Source: an uncultured delta proteobacterium
Lineage (GTDB): Bacteria; Desulfobacterota; RBG-13-43-22
NCBI GenBank assembly: GCA_963843145.1
Contig: CAWJJC010000009.1
Location: 1-42,753 of the forward strand
Direction of reading: 5' to 3'
DNA length: 42,753 bases
The translations under genes were made by a program, and so were the position numbers. The notes under the pieces were generated by a model, which was not told the origin of the DNA, ran no database searches, and worked only from the letters and a program-made list of their open reading frames with translations. Shown here piece after piece: positions 25,999 to 35,460 of the stretch (the stretch's first letter is position 1; each line of letters starts with the position of its first letter).

Positions 25999-26739
25999 TT
26001 ATTTTATCGGGTTGGGATCGTTTAAGGCTTCTTGGATCTGCTGCTGCATCTCCGCGGCCAGAGCCAGGGGATCGGTGGCTTGTTTCAGGGGGCGACCGAT
26101 GACCACGTAGTCGGCGCCGTTCAAAAAGGCGTCCCGGACAGTGACAATCCGTTTTTGGTCATCAACTCGGTTTTCTACAGGCCGGACCCCCGGCACCACC
26201 ACCAGGAAATTCCCCCCCAGTTCCTTTCGCAACCTCGGGGCTTCCAGGCCTGAGGAGACCACCCCGTCGCAGCCGACCTGCAGGGCCCGTCGAGCCCTGG
26301 ATAGTACCAGATCTTCCGGGGAGCATTGAAAACCCAGATCGTTCAGGTCCCCCTGGTCCAGGCTGGTCAAAACAGTAACCGCCAGGATTTTCACTCCCTG
26401 TTTGGCCTCGGCCGCAGCCCGAAGGATGGCGTCGTTGCCATGAACGGTGGTAAAAGATACCCCCCGGCCAGCCAGTTGCTTGACGGCGGAGGCCACGGTC
26501 TGGGGCACGTCGAAGAACTTGAGGTCCAGCATCACCTCCGAACCGCGTTTCAAAATCCAGTCGACGATTTCGAACCCTCCGGCCAGAAAAAGCTGGAGCC
26601 CGACTTTAAAAAACTTCACCCGGTTTTCCAGTTTTTCCACCCAAATCCGGGCCTCTTCCGGGGTTTCCAGGTCCAAGGCAAAGATGATGCGTTTGTCCAA
26701 GGCAATGTTTTTTGGTTTCATGGTCGATTTATCGCTCAT
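25999..26739 (-). CDS. pyrF: Orotidine-5'-phosphate decarboxylase
   Basis: IIFALD, FFKVG, LDLKFFDVPQTV, VTVLTS, PGVRP, DDQKRI, VIGRP motifs. Confidence 0.96.
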   Translation of the reverse strand: MSDKSTMKPKNIALDKRIIFALDLETPEEARIWVEKLENRVKFFKVGLQLFLAGGFEIVDWILKRGSEVMLDLKFFDVPQTVASAVKQLAGRGVSFTTVHGNDAILRAAAEAKQGVKILAVTVLTSLDQGDLNDLGFQCSPEDLVLSRARRALQVGCDGVVSSGLEAPRLRKELGGNFLVVVPGVRPVENRVDDQKRIVTVRDAFLNGADYVVIGRPLKQATDPLALAAEMQQQIQEALNDPNPIK

Positions 26740-27086
26740 TCCAACTCCCGCTCCTTGACGATTTCCCCCTTGATGGTGGACAACAGGGACTCAAAGACCG
26801 GAACCACGTCCGTCCTGAATCTCCCGGCCACCAGGACCAGCATGATATCGTCCCCTACCTCCAAATCCCCTTTATTGATCCAGACTTTTATCTCCGCAAT
26901 GCCTTCTTTCCGCTTCTGTCTGCGAATAAGCCTCCGGAGCTTATCCTCGTCATAAGAGAGATTCATCCCGTTCACCGGCTTGCCTTGCTTGGACGTGCCG
27001 CGAACGACTCCGTTATGGATCAAGACCATTCCCAGACCCTCGGGGTCTGCCGTTTTCTTCACCTTAGCCAGCCATTGTTCAATCAT
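26736..27086 (-). CDS. moaE: Molybdopterin synthase catalytic subunit-like protein (short MoaE)
   Basis: GMVLIHNGVVRG, G.L.VGDDIM.V.VAGRFR and IK..IVKERE motifs. Confidence 0.85.
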   Translation of the reverse strand: MIEQWLAKVKKTADPEGLGMVLIHNGVVRGTSKQGKPVNGMNLSYDEDKLRRLIRRQKRKEGIAEIKVWINKGDLEVGDDIMLVLVAGRFRTDVVPVFESLLSTIKGEIVKERELE

Positions 27087-27100
27087 GCCGAAGTCTCCCC

Positions 27101-27859
27101 TTAACCGAACCTTCCGGTGATGTAATCATTGGTCCGTTCATCCCGGGGCTTGGTGAAGATCTGGCCGGTGGTCCCGAACTCGATCAGTTCGCCCAGGAGC
27201 ATAAACCCGGATTCGTCGGAGATGCGGGCGGCCTGTTGCATATTGTGGGTGACGATGACGATGGTGTACTTTTCCTTGAGCTCCAGCATCAGGCTTTCGA
27301 TCTTTTCCGTGGCCATGGGGTCCAGGGCCGAGCAGGGTTCGTCCATTAGAAGGATGCGGGATTCCAGGGCCAGGATCCGGGCCATGCAGAGGCGCTGCTG
27401 TTGTTCCAGGGTCAGAGTGAGGGCGGACAGAGCCAAGCGGTCTTTTAACGCTTCCCACAACCCCACAGCCGAAAGGGAATTGAAAACGATTTCGTCGCGC
27501 CGGCTTTTTTCCCTGGGCAGGATCTGGTGCATTTTGGGCCCGAAAAGGACATTTTCCGAAATGGGCAGGGGAAAGGGATTGGGACGTTGGAAGACCATGC
27601 CCACCTCCCGGCGCAGTTCGATCAGGTTGGTTGCCGGGGCGTATATGTTTTTGTCTCCGATCACCACCTCCCCTTCGATGCGGACCCCGGCGATCAGATC
27701 GTTCATCCGGTTCAGACAGCGCAGGAGCGTGGACTTGCCGCAGCCCGAGGGACCGATCAGGGCCGTTATGGTCCTGGTTTTGAAAAATGAAGAAACGTCC
27801 TTGAGGGCGTGGAAGGACCCGTAGTGCAGGTTCAAATGATTGATGGTAATTTCGGGCAC
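27101..27859 (-). CDS. pstB: Phosphate ABC transporter ATPase
   Basis: GPSGCGKST, LNRMND, VFQRPNPFP, DEPCSALDP, THNMQQAARISD and ITGRFG; the ABC signature is degenerate (LTLEQQQR). Confidence 0.95.
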   Translation of the reverse strand: MPEITINHLNLHYGSFHALKDVSSFFKTRTITALIGPSGCGKSTLLRCLNRMNDLIAGVRIEGEVVIGDKNIYAPATNLIELRREVGMVFQRPNPFPLPISENVLFGPKMHQILPREKSRRDEIVFNSLSAVGLWEALKDRLALSALTLTLEQQQRLCMARILALESRILLMDEPCSALDPMATEKIESLMLELKEKYTIVIVTHNMQQAARISDESGFMLLGELIEFGTTGQIFTKPRDERTNDYITGRFG

Positions 27860-27872
27860 TAAGATTCCTTTA

Positions 27873-28628
27873 TTAGCCGAAGCGTCCGGAAACGTAATCT
27901 TCGGTCCGTTTGTCCTTGGCCATGGTGAAAATCTGGTCCGGCGGCCCGTATTCGATCAAGTCCCCCAGGAGGATAAAAGCCACCTGGTCGGAAATACGGG
28001 CGATCTGTTTGGTGTTATTGCTGACGATGACCACCGTATGGTCTTTTTTCAGCGTCCGCAGTGCCTCCTCAATCTTGGCCGTGGAGATAGGGTCGAGACC
28101 CGAGGTGGGCTCGTCTAAAAGGATCACCTCCGATTGCATGGCCAGGGTCCGGGCGATGCACAACCGCTGTTGCTGACCCCCGGATAACTTCAAGCCCGAC
28201 TCATGGAGGCGGTCCTTGACTTCGCCCCACAGGATGGCGGCTTTAAGGCTCGCCTCCACCCGTTCATCGAGAAGACGGCGGTCCCGAACCCCGTGGAGGC
28301 GGGGTCCGAAGGTCAGATTTTCATAAATGGAACGGGGCAGGGGAATGGGTTTGGCAAAAACGATTCCCACCCGGGTCCGGAGGCGGTTGACATCATATTG
28401 GGGATCCAGGATGTTCTCTCCATCCAGCAGGACCTGCCCCTCGATAGTCACCTGGGGGGTCAGGTCGATGAGCCGGTTTAGTATTCTAAGAAGCGTGCTC
28501 TTCCCGCTGTTCGACGGCCCCATAATCCCAGTGATTTCCTTTTCGAAAATCGAGAGATTGATCCCCCGCAGGGCGGGGACTTTATTATAAGCCACGGAAA
28601 GGTTTTTTATTTCGATTTTAGGAGCCAT
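27873..28628 (-). CDS. pstB: Phosphate ABC transporter ATPase (second paralog)
   Basis: GPSNSGKST, LSGGQQQRLCIAR, DEPTSGLDP and VSGRFG; H-loop His replaced (VSNN). Confidence 0.93.
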   Translation of the reverse strand: MAPKIEIKNLSVAYNKVPALRGINLSIFEKEITGIMGPSNSGKSTLLRILNRLIDLTPQVTIEGQVLLDGENILDPQYDVNRLRTRVGIVFAKPIPLPRSIYENLTFGPRLHGVRDRRLLDERVEASLKAAILWGEVKDRLHESGLKLSGGQQQRLCIARTLAMQSEVILLDEPTSGLDPISTAKIEEALRTLKKDHTVVIVSNNTKQIARISDQVAFILLGDLIEYGPPDQIFTMAKDKRTEDYVSGRFG

Positions 28629-28663
28629 GGTGAAATTAGGTAGGGGCGATCCGGGTGACTCTT

Positions 28664-29503
28664 CTATGAATATTTTTTTAGGAAAAAGCGCATCATCACG
28701 TAAGCGCTGACATTGATTACCAGGATAACGATGATCAGGACAGCCGCAGTGCCGTAGGCCATGGGCATGGATATCCCCTCCCGGGCCAGGATATAAAAAT
28801 GCACGGCCAGGGTGCGGCCGGACTCAAAAATGGTTTTGGGGAACCGCAGGGATGACCCGGCGGTGAAGATGATTACGGCGGTCTCCCCTATGGAGCGAGC
28901 GATGCTCAGCACGATCCCGGTGGCGATTCCGGGCAGCGCGCTGGGCAGGACGATGCGGGTGATGGTCTGCCACTTGCCGAGCCCCAAAGAAAAACTGACT
29001 TCCCGGTATTCCCGGGGAACGGCCAGAATGGATTCTTCCGAGGTCCGGATGATGGTCGGCAGCAACATGACCGAAAGGGTCAGACCTCCCGAAAGCAGGC
29101 TCCAACCCCAGCCGAAGGCCATGACGAAGATGGCAAACCCAAAGAGACCCAGGATAATCGAGGGTATCCCGGCCAGGCATTCCGTGCCAAAGCGGATGAT
29201 CCGGGTGACTGGTCCTTCCCGGGTATATTCGGTTAGATAGATGGCCGTCCCTAATCCCAGGGGGGTGGCAAACAGAAGGGCAATCACGATGATGTACAGG
29301 GTGCTGACAATGGTGGCTAAAATGCCGCCGGACCGGCCCATATCGACCGGATTAGTAGATAAAAACTCCCAGGAAATTTGCGGTACGCCATTGACGAAGA
29401 CGACGAAAATGATGAAAAAAAGGATGCCGATGGTCAAACCGGTGAGGGTCCAGAGCAAGGTCTTGACCATATTCTGCCAGACGATGGGAGAAAAAAATTT
29501 CAT
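28664..29503 (-). CDS. pstA: Phosphate ABC transporter permease PstA
   Basis: AIYLTEY, LAGIPSIILGLFG, LPTIIRTSEE, ARSIGETA motifs. Confidence 0.95.
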   Translation of the reverse strand: MKFFSPIVWQNMVKTLLWTLTGLTIGILFFIIFVVFVNGVPQISWEFLSTNPVDMGRSGGILATIVSTLYIIVIALLFATPLGLGTAIYLTEYTREGPVTRIIRFGTECLAGIPSIILGLFGFAIFVMAFGWGWSLLSGGLTLSVMLLPTIIRTSEESILAVPREYREVSFSLGLGKWQTITRIVLPSALPGIATGIVLSIARSIGETAVIIFTAGSSLRFPKTIFESGRTLAVHFYILAREGISMPMAYGTAAVLIIVILVINVSAYVMMRFFLKKYS

Positions 29504-30342
29504 TTCCGGCGCATCAGGGTGGTGGCCAGGATATTCAAGGCCATAATGAAAACAAAGAGGATGATCCCGGTGGCAAAAAGGGCCTGGCGATGATCTCCGG
29601 TGGAATAGCCCATTTCCAAGGCAATGTTGCTGGTTAAGGTCCGGACAGGGTCCAGGAACGAGGTAGGGATTTTAAGGGCATTCCCGGCCACCATGATGAC
29701 GGCCATGGTTTCCCCGATGGCCCGGGCCATGCCCAGGATGATGGCGGTGACCACACCGGAACGGGCGGCCGGAAGCAGCACGTAGCGAATAGCCTGCCAA
29801 TGGGTGGCGCCCATGGCCAGGGCACCCTCTTTATATAACAAGGGTACGGCCTGGAGGGCGTCAATCGAAATACTGGTAATCGTAGGTAGGATCATGATGG
29901 CCAGGATGACGGAGGCGGCCAGAAGGGAAAGCCCCGGACCGCCGAGGTATTCCCGGATCAGGGGAACCAGAAAGATCATCCCCAGGAACCCGAAGACCAC
30001 GGAGGGGATCCCGGCCAGGAGTTCGATGGTGGGTTTTAACACGACTACCCAACGGGGCGGGGTAAACTCCGCCAGGGTAATGGCGCAGGCCAGGGCCAGG
30101 GGTACTCCCAGCAGGATGGCGTTGAACGTGACCGCCAGGGAAGAGATAATCATGGCCAGGATTCCAAAATGTCCTTTGGTGGGGGCCCACTTGGCGCTGA
30201 AAAGGAAATCACGAAGTCCCGCTTTCAAAATGACTGGAAACCCCTCCCGGAAGATAAACACGGTGATCAGCAGAAGCAGCCCGATAGCGGAAAAGGCCAG
30301 GATCATGAGTATTTTTTCAATAAATTTTTCTTTCATGATCAA
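29500..30342 (-). CDS. pstC: Phosphate ABC transporter permease PstC
   Basis: ELLAGIPSVVFG, ILAIMILP, ARAIGETMAVIMVAGN, ALFATG motifs. Confidence 0.95.
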   Translation of the reverse strand: MIMKEKFIEKILMILAFSAIGLLLLITVFIFREGFPVILKAGLRDFLFSAKWAPTKGHFGILAMIISSLAVTFNAILLGVPLALACAITLAEFTPPRWVVVLKPTIELLAGIPSVVFGFLGMIFLVPLIREYLGGPGLSLLAASVILAIMILPTITSISIDALQAVPLLYKEGALAMGATHWQAIRYVLLPAARSGVVTAIILGMARAIGETMAVIMVAGNALKIPTSFLDPVRTLTSNIALEMGYSTGDHRQALFATGIILFVFIMALNILATTLMRRK

Positions 30343-31142
30343 TGGATGCCGATGAGGCCCTCATGCTCCAGGATCCGCTGTCCGTCAGCGCCCAGCACGA
30401 AATCAATAAATTTTTTGGTAGCCGCGGAGGTTTGACCCTGTGTTACAAAGAGAAAGGGCCTGGTCAACTGGTATTGTTTGTCCTTGATCGTCTTCAAGGA
30501 AGGGACAATAGAATTGACAGACAGGGTTTTTACCTGATGATTGACCAGCCCAAAAGAAATGTAGCCGATGGACTGGGGGTCATTGGCGATTATTTCCCGT
30601 ACCGAGCCGTTGGAATCCTGGACCAGGGCCTCGTCGGAGATCTCCTTTTTACCCATGACCAAATGTTCAAAGGCATCCCGGGTCCCCGAACCTTCCTCCC
30701 GGGTGACGAAATGAATGGGTTTATTTACCCAACCCAGTTCGGACCACGATCGGACTCTCCCCGTAAAAATTCCTTGCAACTGTTCGATCGAGAGATTGGT
30801 AATCGGATTTCCGGGATGAACAATAATAGCGATGCCATCATGGGCGATGACGATGCGGTGCAAATCCTTTTCCTCATCGCGCAATTCCCGGGAACAGGTG
30901 CCGATCTGAGCGGCTCCCGACCGGCAGGAAGTGATCCCGGCCGTGGATCCCCCGCCCTGGACATTGACGATGGTTTCCGGGTTGACTTCCATGTATATTT
31001 CGGCCAATTTTTCCGCAAAGGGCTGAACGGAAGTGGACCCGGCAACGGTAATGGAATGAGATTTGGCCGGACCCCGGGAACACCCGGCCAGCAGACCGCT
31101 GCAAAGCATGAAAATGCTTAATTTTATTAGTAAAGAATTCAT
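30339..31142 (-). CDS. pstS: Phosphate ABC transporter substrate-binding lipoprotein
   Basis: Lipobox LAGC; AGSTSVQP, QGGGS, SSR-like CSRE, REEGSGTR and IGY.S motifs. Confidence 0.95.
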   Translation of the reverse strand: MNSLLIKLSIFMLCSGLLAGCSRGPAKSHSITVAGSTSVQPFAEKLAEIYMEVNPETIVNVQGGGSTAGITSCRSGAAQIGTCSRELRDEEKDLHRIVIAHDGIAIIVHPGNPITNLSIEQLQGIFTGRVRSWSELGWVNKPIHFVTREEGSGTRDAFEHLVMGKKEISDEALVQDSNGSVREIIANDPQSIGYISFGLVNHQVKTLSVNSIVPSLKTIKDKQYQLTRPFLFVTQGQTSAATKKFIDFVLGADGQRILEHEGLIGIH

Positions 31143-31332
31143 CTAGGCTATCAGGGGATCAAATAGAACCGGAAACTAAGCCGTAATCGACTATAGCGAA
31201 TGGGGGCCTATTTTTCAACAAAAGAAAGTAGGGGGATAATGGAGAGATTTAAAGCCTGATGAACCCGCAGTAGGCTCTCGAATCGGGTACCCATGAAGCA
31301 TGAAAGCAGGCTTCAAAGGAACCGAATTAGCT

Positions 31333-31421
31333 CGTCATTCCGGACAAGCGAAGCGCGATCCGGAATCCAGGACCATTTAAGCTTCTCTTACCCTGGATCC
31401 CGGATCGAGTCCGGGATGACG
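31333..31421. repeat. Palindromic REP-like element (copy of 12846-12933)
   Basis: Same outer arms, different central loop. Confidence 0.85.
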
Positions 31422-31478
31422 GCAAAAACAAATACTGAAAGTAATGCCTGTTTTTTTTTATATTAACCCGATAAGAAT

Positions 31479-31520
31479 AAAAAAGCCGGCACAAGAGCGG
31501 GGAAAGCTTTTGTGCCGGCT
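31479..31520 (-). terminator. Rho-independent terminator
   Basis: agccggcacaa..agc/gct..ttgtgccggct stem followed by a T-run on the minus strand. Confidence 0.75.
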
Positions 31521-31600
31521 GGATAAGTTTACTAATTTATAGGGTTTTAACTCTTACGATCAACTTGTTATGTCTCTCCTGATAAAAATCAATTGCCACC

Positions 31601-33955
31601 TTATCTACAGGAGCGGGGAACATAACTCGTGTCCGTAAAAGATCCCACCTGCCTCCCGTATATATCGGTCAGGATTTTTCCGTTGAGTTCAGTGTCAGCA
31701 GAGTGAAAATAAATCTGGCCGCCACAGTACCCAAAAAGGTTGGTGATTTTATGTGTTTGCGCATTGAATTGAACCCCTCGAAGCTGACCGACATAAAGAT
31801 GGCCGAGGAGTTGGACGCTGGCGTTACCGTCAATCCCGAGGCTATCCCAAGCAAAGTTGTCGACAAATCCGTCTACCACTTTGTAGGCGCTTCCGGTTTT
31901 GAAGGGTTTCCGGCCGGGGCCGGTAAAAATCAGGTTGGCTGTATCGGTCACCCAATCGGTTTTTTGGGTGCTGTTATTAGTGAATTCTTTCTTTACATAG
32001 TAATTATCTGCCGACCCGGCTACGAGATAGCCCTTGGGAGCGACATACAGGGAAGTGAATTCGCTGTTGGCTTCAATGCTCTGGTAGATTCCGTAATTTT
32101 GGAATTTCTGGGCAAAGGCGGCCGTACCTAAGGGTTTGCCTTGGATCAAAAAGGTTCCGTAATTGAAGAACTGGCTCGGGAAGGTCCGGGTTCCAGGACC
32201 GTAGGCGTTGAATTTTCCCTTATTGATAACGCTGGCCTGGAGTTCCCCATCATAATAATCAAAGGTCCCGCCGACGTTATTCAGCAGACTGCCCTGAACC
32301 TTCAAGGTCCCGCCACTGGAGGTAACGGCTTTAGGATCAGAGTTAGGATCGCCAAGGGTGAAAGTTCCGATGCTCCCCGGGTCCCGGGCGATGGTCAAAT
32401 TCCCGCCGATGAAATGGTTGCCGCCGAACTGACTAAATGTGCCGTTGGATCCGGAAAGCATCCCGATAATCTCGCCGCGGCTCACCTGAAGCTCCCCGTC
32501 ATCCAGGTAATAGGTGCCTGTTCCCCCGCGCCCGACCGTAAAACCAATATATTGTTGTGGTTGGTTACAGCTTAATGAGGTGCGTTTGGATAAGGCGGTA
32601 GAGAGCGACTTCCCTCTCAGGTTGACCTCTTGATCGATACCCCTGATCTTGACCGTTCCGCCGTCCTGGGAAAAAACGCCGTCGCCCAGGTAGCCCACAG
32701 AGGCAAAACCGTAGACGTCCAGAAGGCCGACAGAGGAAGGGGTAGGAGTGTCCTGAGTTGGATGGGGATTCACGGAAAGATCAAAAACTCCGGAGCTGCC
32801 GCTATTCATACCCAGGTAAAGATTTCCATTGATGGTATGAGTGCCATTGGATTGAGTAAAGATACCGTCTCCGCCTTCATCTAACCCAATGATCTCACTA
32901 TAATTGACATTGAGGGTACCGCCCGAAAGGTTATATTGGCCATAATAGTTGTTGATGTTTTCGTTTTTGCTGTGCACGTTTTCGAGACCCACGATTAAAC
33001 CCGGTTGCCGGCTGGAAACGCATCCTAGTGGATTGTTCTTTAGGCTACTCTTGGATATCGCGGAAAAGACAGGACCGGAGGAAAGTATCCCCTCGCTGGT
33101 CAAGGGAGTCGTATCATTGCCCTTTATTTTGACGGTGCTATCGGTCTGGTTAAAGATCCCTTTTCCCTTTATCCCCACTCTGATTGACCCGCCAACGTCC
33201 AGGCTGCTGTTAGATAGATCGAATTCGCCTAAGCCGAGGTGTTCAACCCCCAGGTAAAGGTTTTTGCCCACTGAATGAGGGGAGCTGACAGGAGGAGGAG
33301 TCACATGCGGAGGAGTCACATGGTGAGGAGGGGTGAAATGGTGAGGAGGGGTCACATGGGGAGTGCAGCCCAAAGAGGGTGATTCTCCTAAAGCGATACT
33401 GCTTGAAAGTGGAAATTGAAATATAAATCCCTGACCGGCCAGGCCCAGTGTTTCATTCCCGCCGACCGATAGGGATCCTTGGTTTATGAAATAGCTTCCG
33501 TCCCCATTTTCGGTAGTGCCCAGGGTCAAGTCCTGCAAGATTTTGTTGGTCCCGGTGTCAAGAAAGTAGGCGGCCGTGCCGTTCTTGCCGATCGTAGTGT
33601 TTTTGACAGTCAGAGTGTCCTGGATTTGTTCGAGGCTGACTTTTCCCTCCAAAGGATTAGAGGGATCCAACAAAAGCGAGTTGAGCGTTGGGTTGCCGGA
33701 ATTATGAAGTGAATCATCGGCACTTGGATAATAACCATAGGCCCCCGGGTTATCAATAAATACATCATGGGCGTCTTGGTTTATAATCCCGTTAGCAGGC
33801 ACGCCGTTTGTCCATTCGCCAGGGTTAATCCAGTCCCCCTCCAATCCACTCCAATGGGTTTCCGTGGCCAAGGCCGGTGAAGTCAATAGCAGCATCAAAG
33901 ACAGTCCTAAAAACAGACCCCCGATCAATGAATTCTTGAATTTTGCTCCTGTCAT
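31601..33955 (-). CDS. Large secreted Gly-rich beta-strand repeat protein
   Basis: Signal peptide ending in ALA; W.G..GDW.NPGEW..GVP start; repeated L.(L/V)G....G.(Y/F).(L/Q)..G.(L/H).V units; ATG at 33955 with GGAGG RBS. Confidence 0.8.
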   Translation of the reverse strand: MTGAKFKNSLIGGLFLGLSLMLLLTSPALATETHWSGLEGDWINPGEWTNGVPANGIINQDAHDVFIDNPGAYGYYPSADDSLHNSGNPTLNSLLLDPSNPLEGKVSLEQIQDTLTVKNTTIGKNGTAAYFLDTGTNKILQDLTLGTTENGDGSYFINQGSLSVGGNETLGLAGQGFIFQFPLSSSIALGESPSLGCTPHVTPPHHFTPPHHVTPPHVTPPPVSSPHSVGKNLYLGVEHLGLGEFDLSNSSLDVGGSIRVGIKGKGIFNQTDSTVKIKGNDTTPLTSEGILSSGPVFSAISKSSLKNNPLGCVSSRQPGLIVGLENVHSKNENINNYYGQYNLSGGTLNVNYSEIIGLDEGGDGIFTQSNGTHTINGNLYLGMNSGSSGVFDLSVNPHPTQDTPTPSSVGLLDVYGFASVGYLGDGVFSQDGGTVKIRGIDQEVNLRGKSLSTALSKRTSLSCNQPQQYIGFTVGRGGTGTYYLDDGELQVSRGEIIGMLSGSNGTFSQFGGNHFIGGNLTIARDPGSIGTFTLGDPNSDPKAVTSSGGTLKVQGSLLNNVGGTFDYYDGELQASVINKGKFNAYGPGTRTFPSQFFNYGTFLIQGKPLGTAAFAQKFQNYGIYQSIEANSEFTSLYVAPKGYLVAGSADNYYVKKEFTNNSTQKTDWVTDTANLIFTGPGRKPFKTGSAYKVVDGFVDNFAWDSLGIDGNASVQLLGHLYVGQLRGVQFNAQTHKITNLFGYCGGQIYFHSADTELNGKILTDIYGRQVGSFTDTSYVPRSCR

Positions 33956-34357
33956 ATCTCCTCCCTTCAAATCGCTTTCCAGTGTTGGAAAGAAAAAATT
34001 GGTGAAATACAATTCCTTTTTTTGTTACCGACTATATCGGCACTTTTTGGGATTTTGTTTAGATAAGGAGGAAACTGAGCAAATTTGATACCAGGGAGAT
34101 TTTTTGACCCTGGTAATCTGCCGGGGATGTGGAGGAAGGGAGGGGAAGGCCAAGAGATTGATGGCTAAAATAAATAATTAATATAAGGAGTTGTATTTAT
34201 TTCAAGGGAATTTGGAAAGAGATAAAAGAAGGCGGGAGAAAGGAAAAACCGGCCCTATTTGGGGAGAGAATTACGTCCTGAATTCATCCTATTCCGATTG
34301 AAATCACCATTTTTTGTCGCTTGCTTACAAATTTCAGGTAGGAAAGGATTGATTTGA

Positions 34358-34402
34358 TGGTGCGCCCGGCCCGACTCGAACGGGCGGCCTGCGGATTCGA
34401 AG
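34358..34402 (-). tRNA. 3' half of tRNA-Arg(UCG); att-site duplicate, not a complete tRNA
   Basis: Minus strand: CT-TCG-AA loop, tccgc, aggcc, gcccg-TTCGAGT-cgggc T arm, cgggcgc-A-CCA. The 5' half is replaced by AT-rich sequence. Confidence 0.88.
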
Positions 34403-34632
34403 GTATAATTTTTAAGCCTCCCTGATTTCCAATTACTTCCAACACGTTATTTTTATTACTCAATCAATCGTTAATCTAAGTCAGTTTATTTGTTTATTTG
34501 CTTTTGTTTCCAGGGACTAACTATACAAAAACTATACAGGCTGACCGACCGACATCGGGGTTTAATGATGGGACCCATTAGGGTTATAGGTGGGGGTCTT
34601 AGACTCCGAAAAATAAAAAAGGAATTTTTGCC

Positions 34633-35211
34633 ATGAAGGAACCTATTGAAACAACCCATCCTATTAAACCACCACGGAAATATCCCAAACCCCTATCCGG
34701 TCAAATGGTTGCAGGGATTAAGGCGAGCCTGGAACTTGGTAATTCCATTAGGAAAATACGGAAAGAAACGGGCCATGCCATAGGGACAATTATGAAGATA
34801 AAGCACGGGGAAATTGAGGTTAATCCCGAGATGGTGGAACGTATAAAAAAGAACTTTTCCAATAAGTTATGGACCTTATCCAGTTTGGAACTTGATAGCC
34901 TTTTAAGAACCGCTTCGGATGATAAGGCCATGGACAAAATACCCTATGGAACCCGAAAGCTGGCCTTATGCCAAGGGATTGACAAGGGGTTACTACTGGA
35001 CGGGAAGGCCACGAATATAACCGAAATAAGGGATGACACAATGGGGGAATTAATGAACCAGTTAGGGAATATACTGCGCCGTTCCCCTCAGATAGGGGTT
35101 GAGGTAACCCGTATGATGGCAGGCATACCGGAAGAACTCCGAGGGACCACCATGAAGGTAATCGAAGATCATAAATTGATCCCCGAGGGGGACGAAGAAA
35201 AATTTAATTGA
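34633..35211 (+). CDS. HTH-containing phage-type protein (small-terminase-like)
   Basis: G.SIRKIRKETGHAIGTI HTH and IDKGLLLDGKAT motif seen in phage small-terminase-like proteins; the assignment is tentative. Confidence 0.5.
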   Translation: MKEPIETTHPIKPPRKYPKPLSGQMVAGIKASLELGNSIRKIRKETGHAIGTIMKIKHGEIEVNPEMVERIKKNFSNKLWTLSSLELDSLLRTASDDKAMDKIPYGTRKLALCQGIDKGLLLDGKATNITEIRDDTMGELMNQLGNILRRSPQIGVEVTRMMAGIPEELRGTTMKVIEDHKLIPEGDEEKFN

Positions 35212-35354
35212 TTTATCTCATTGGATTTTTGGGATTTTACGATATTTGATCTTCCTTATAGACACCGAAGGTACTCTTGTGATTGTGGGGCTTTTCAACT
35301 GAGGAACCAGAACAGTCTAAAGAGAGATTCCCATTTCAGAATACCTTTCCAAAA

Positions 35355-35460
35355 TTGCCGCAAGGAAAGATTAAAAGGCGTCAAGGCTGGGGCAAACGCT
35401 CTGTCCGCCGAAAACCGGAAAGAGATAGCAAAATAAGCGGCTAAGACGCTTTGGAAACAC
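35355..35460 (+). pseudogene. Remnant of a small basic KGG-motif protein
   Basis: RKERLKGVKAGANALSAENRKEIAK*AAKTLW resembles RKGGLKGGKARA..LS.E.R.EIAKKAA..RW, with an internal stop. Confidence 0.55.

Noticed and set aside
31601-31640. Frameshifted PEP-CTERM tail
   Set aside because: The shifted frame I checked after VP gives no hydrophobic helix or basic tail.
33956-34350. Riboswitch upstream of the secreted protein
   Set aside because: I could not identify c-di-GMP or other riboswitch consensus elements by eye; an Rfam scan would be needed.
34358-34402. Functional tRNA-Arg gene
   Set aside because: The acceptor 5' strand, D arm and 5' anticodon stem are absent; only the 3' half is present.
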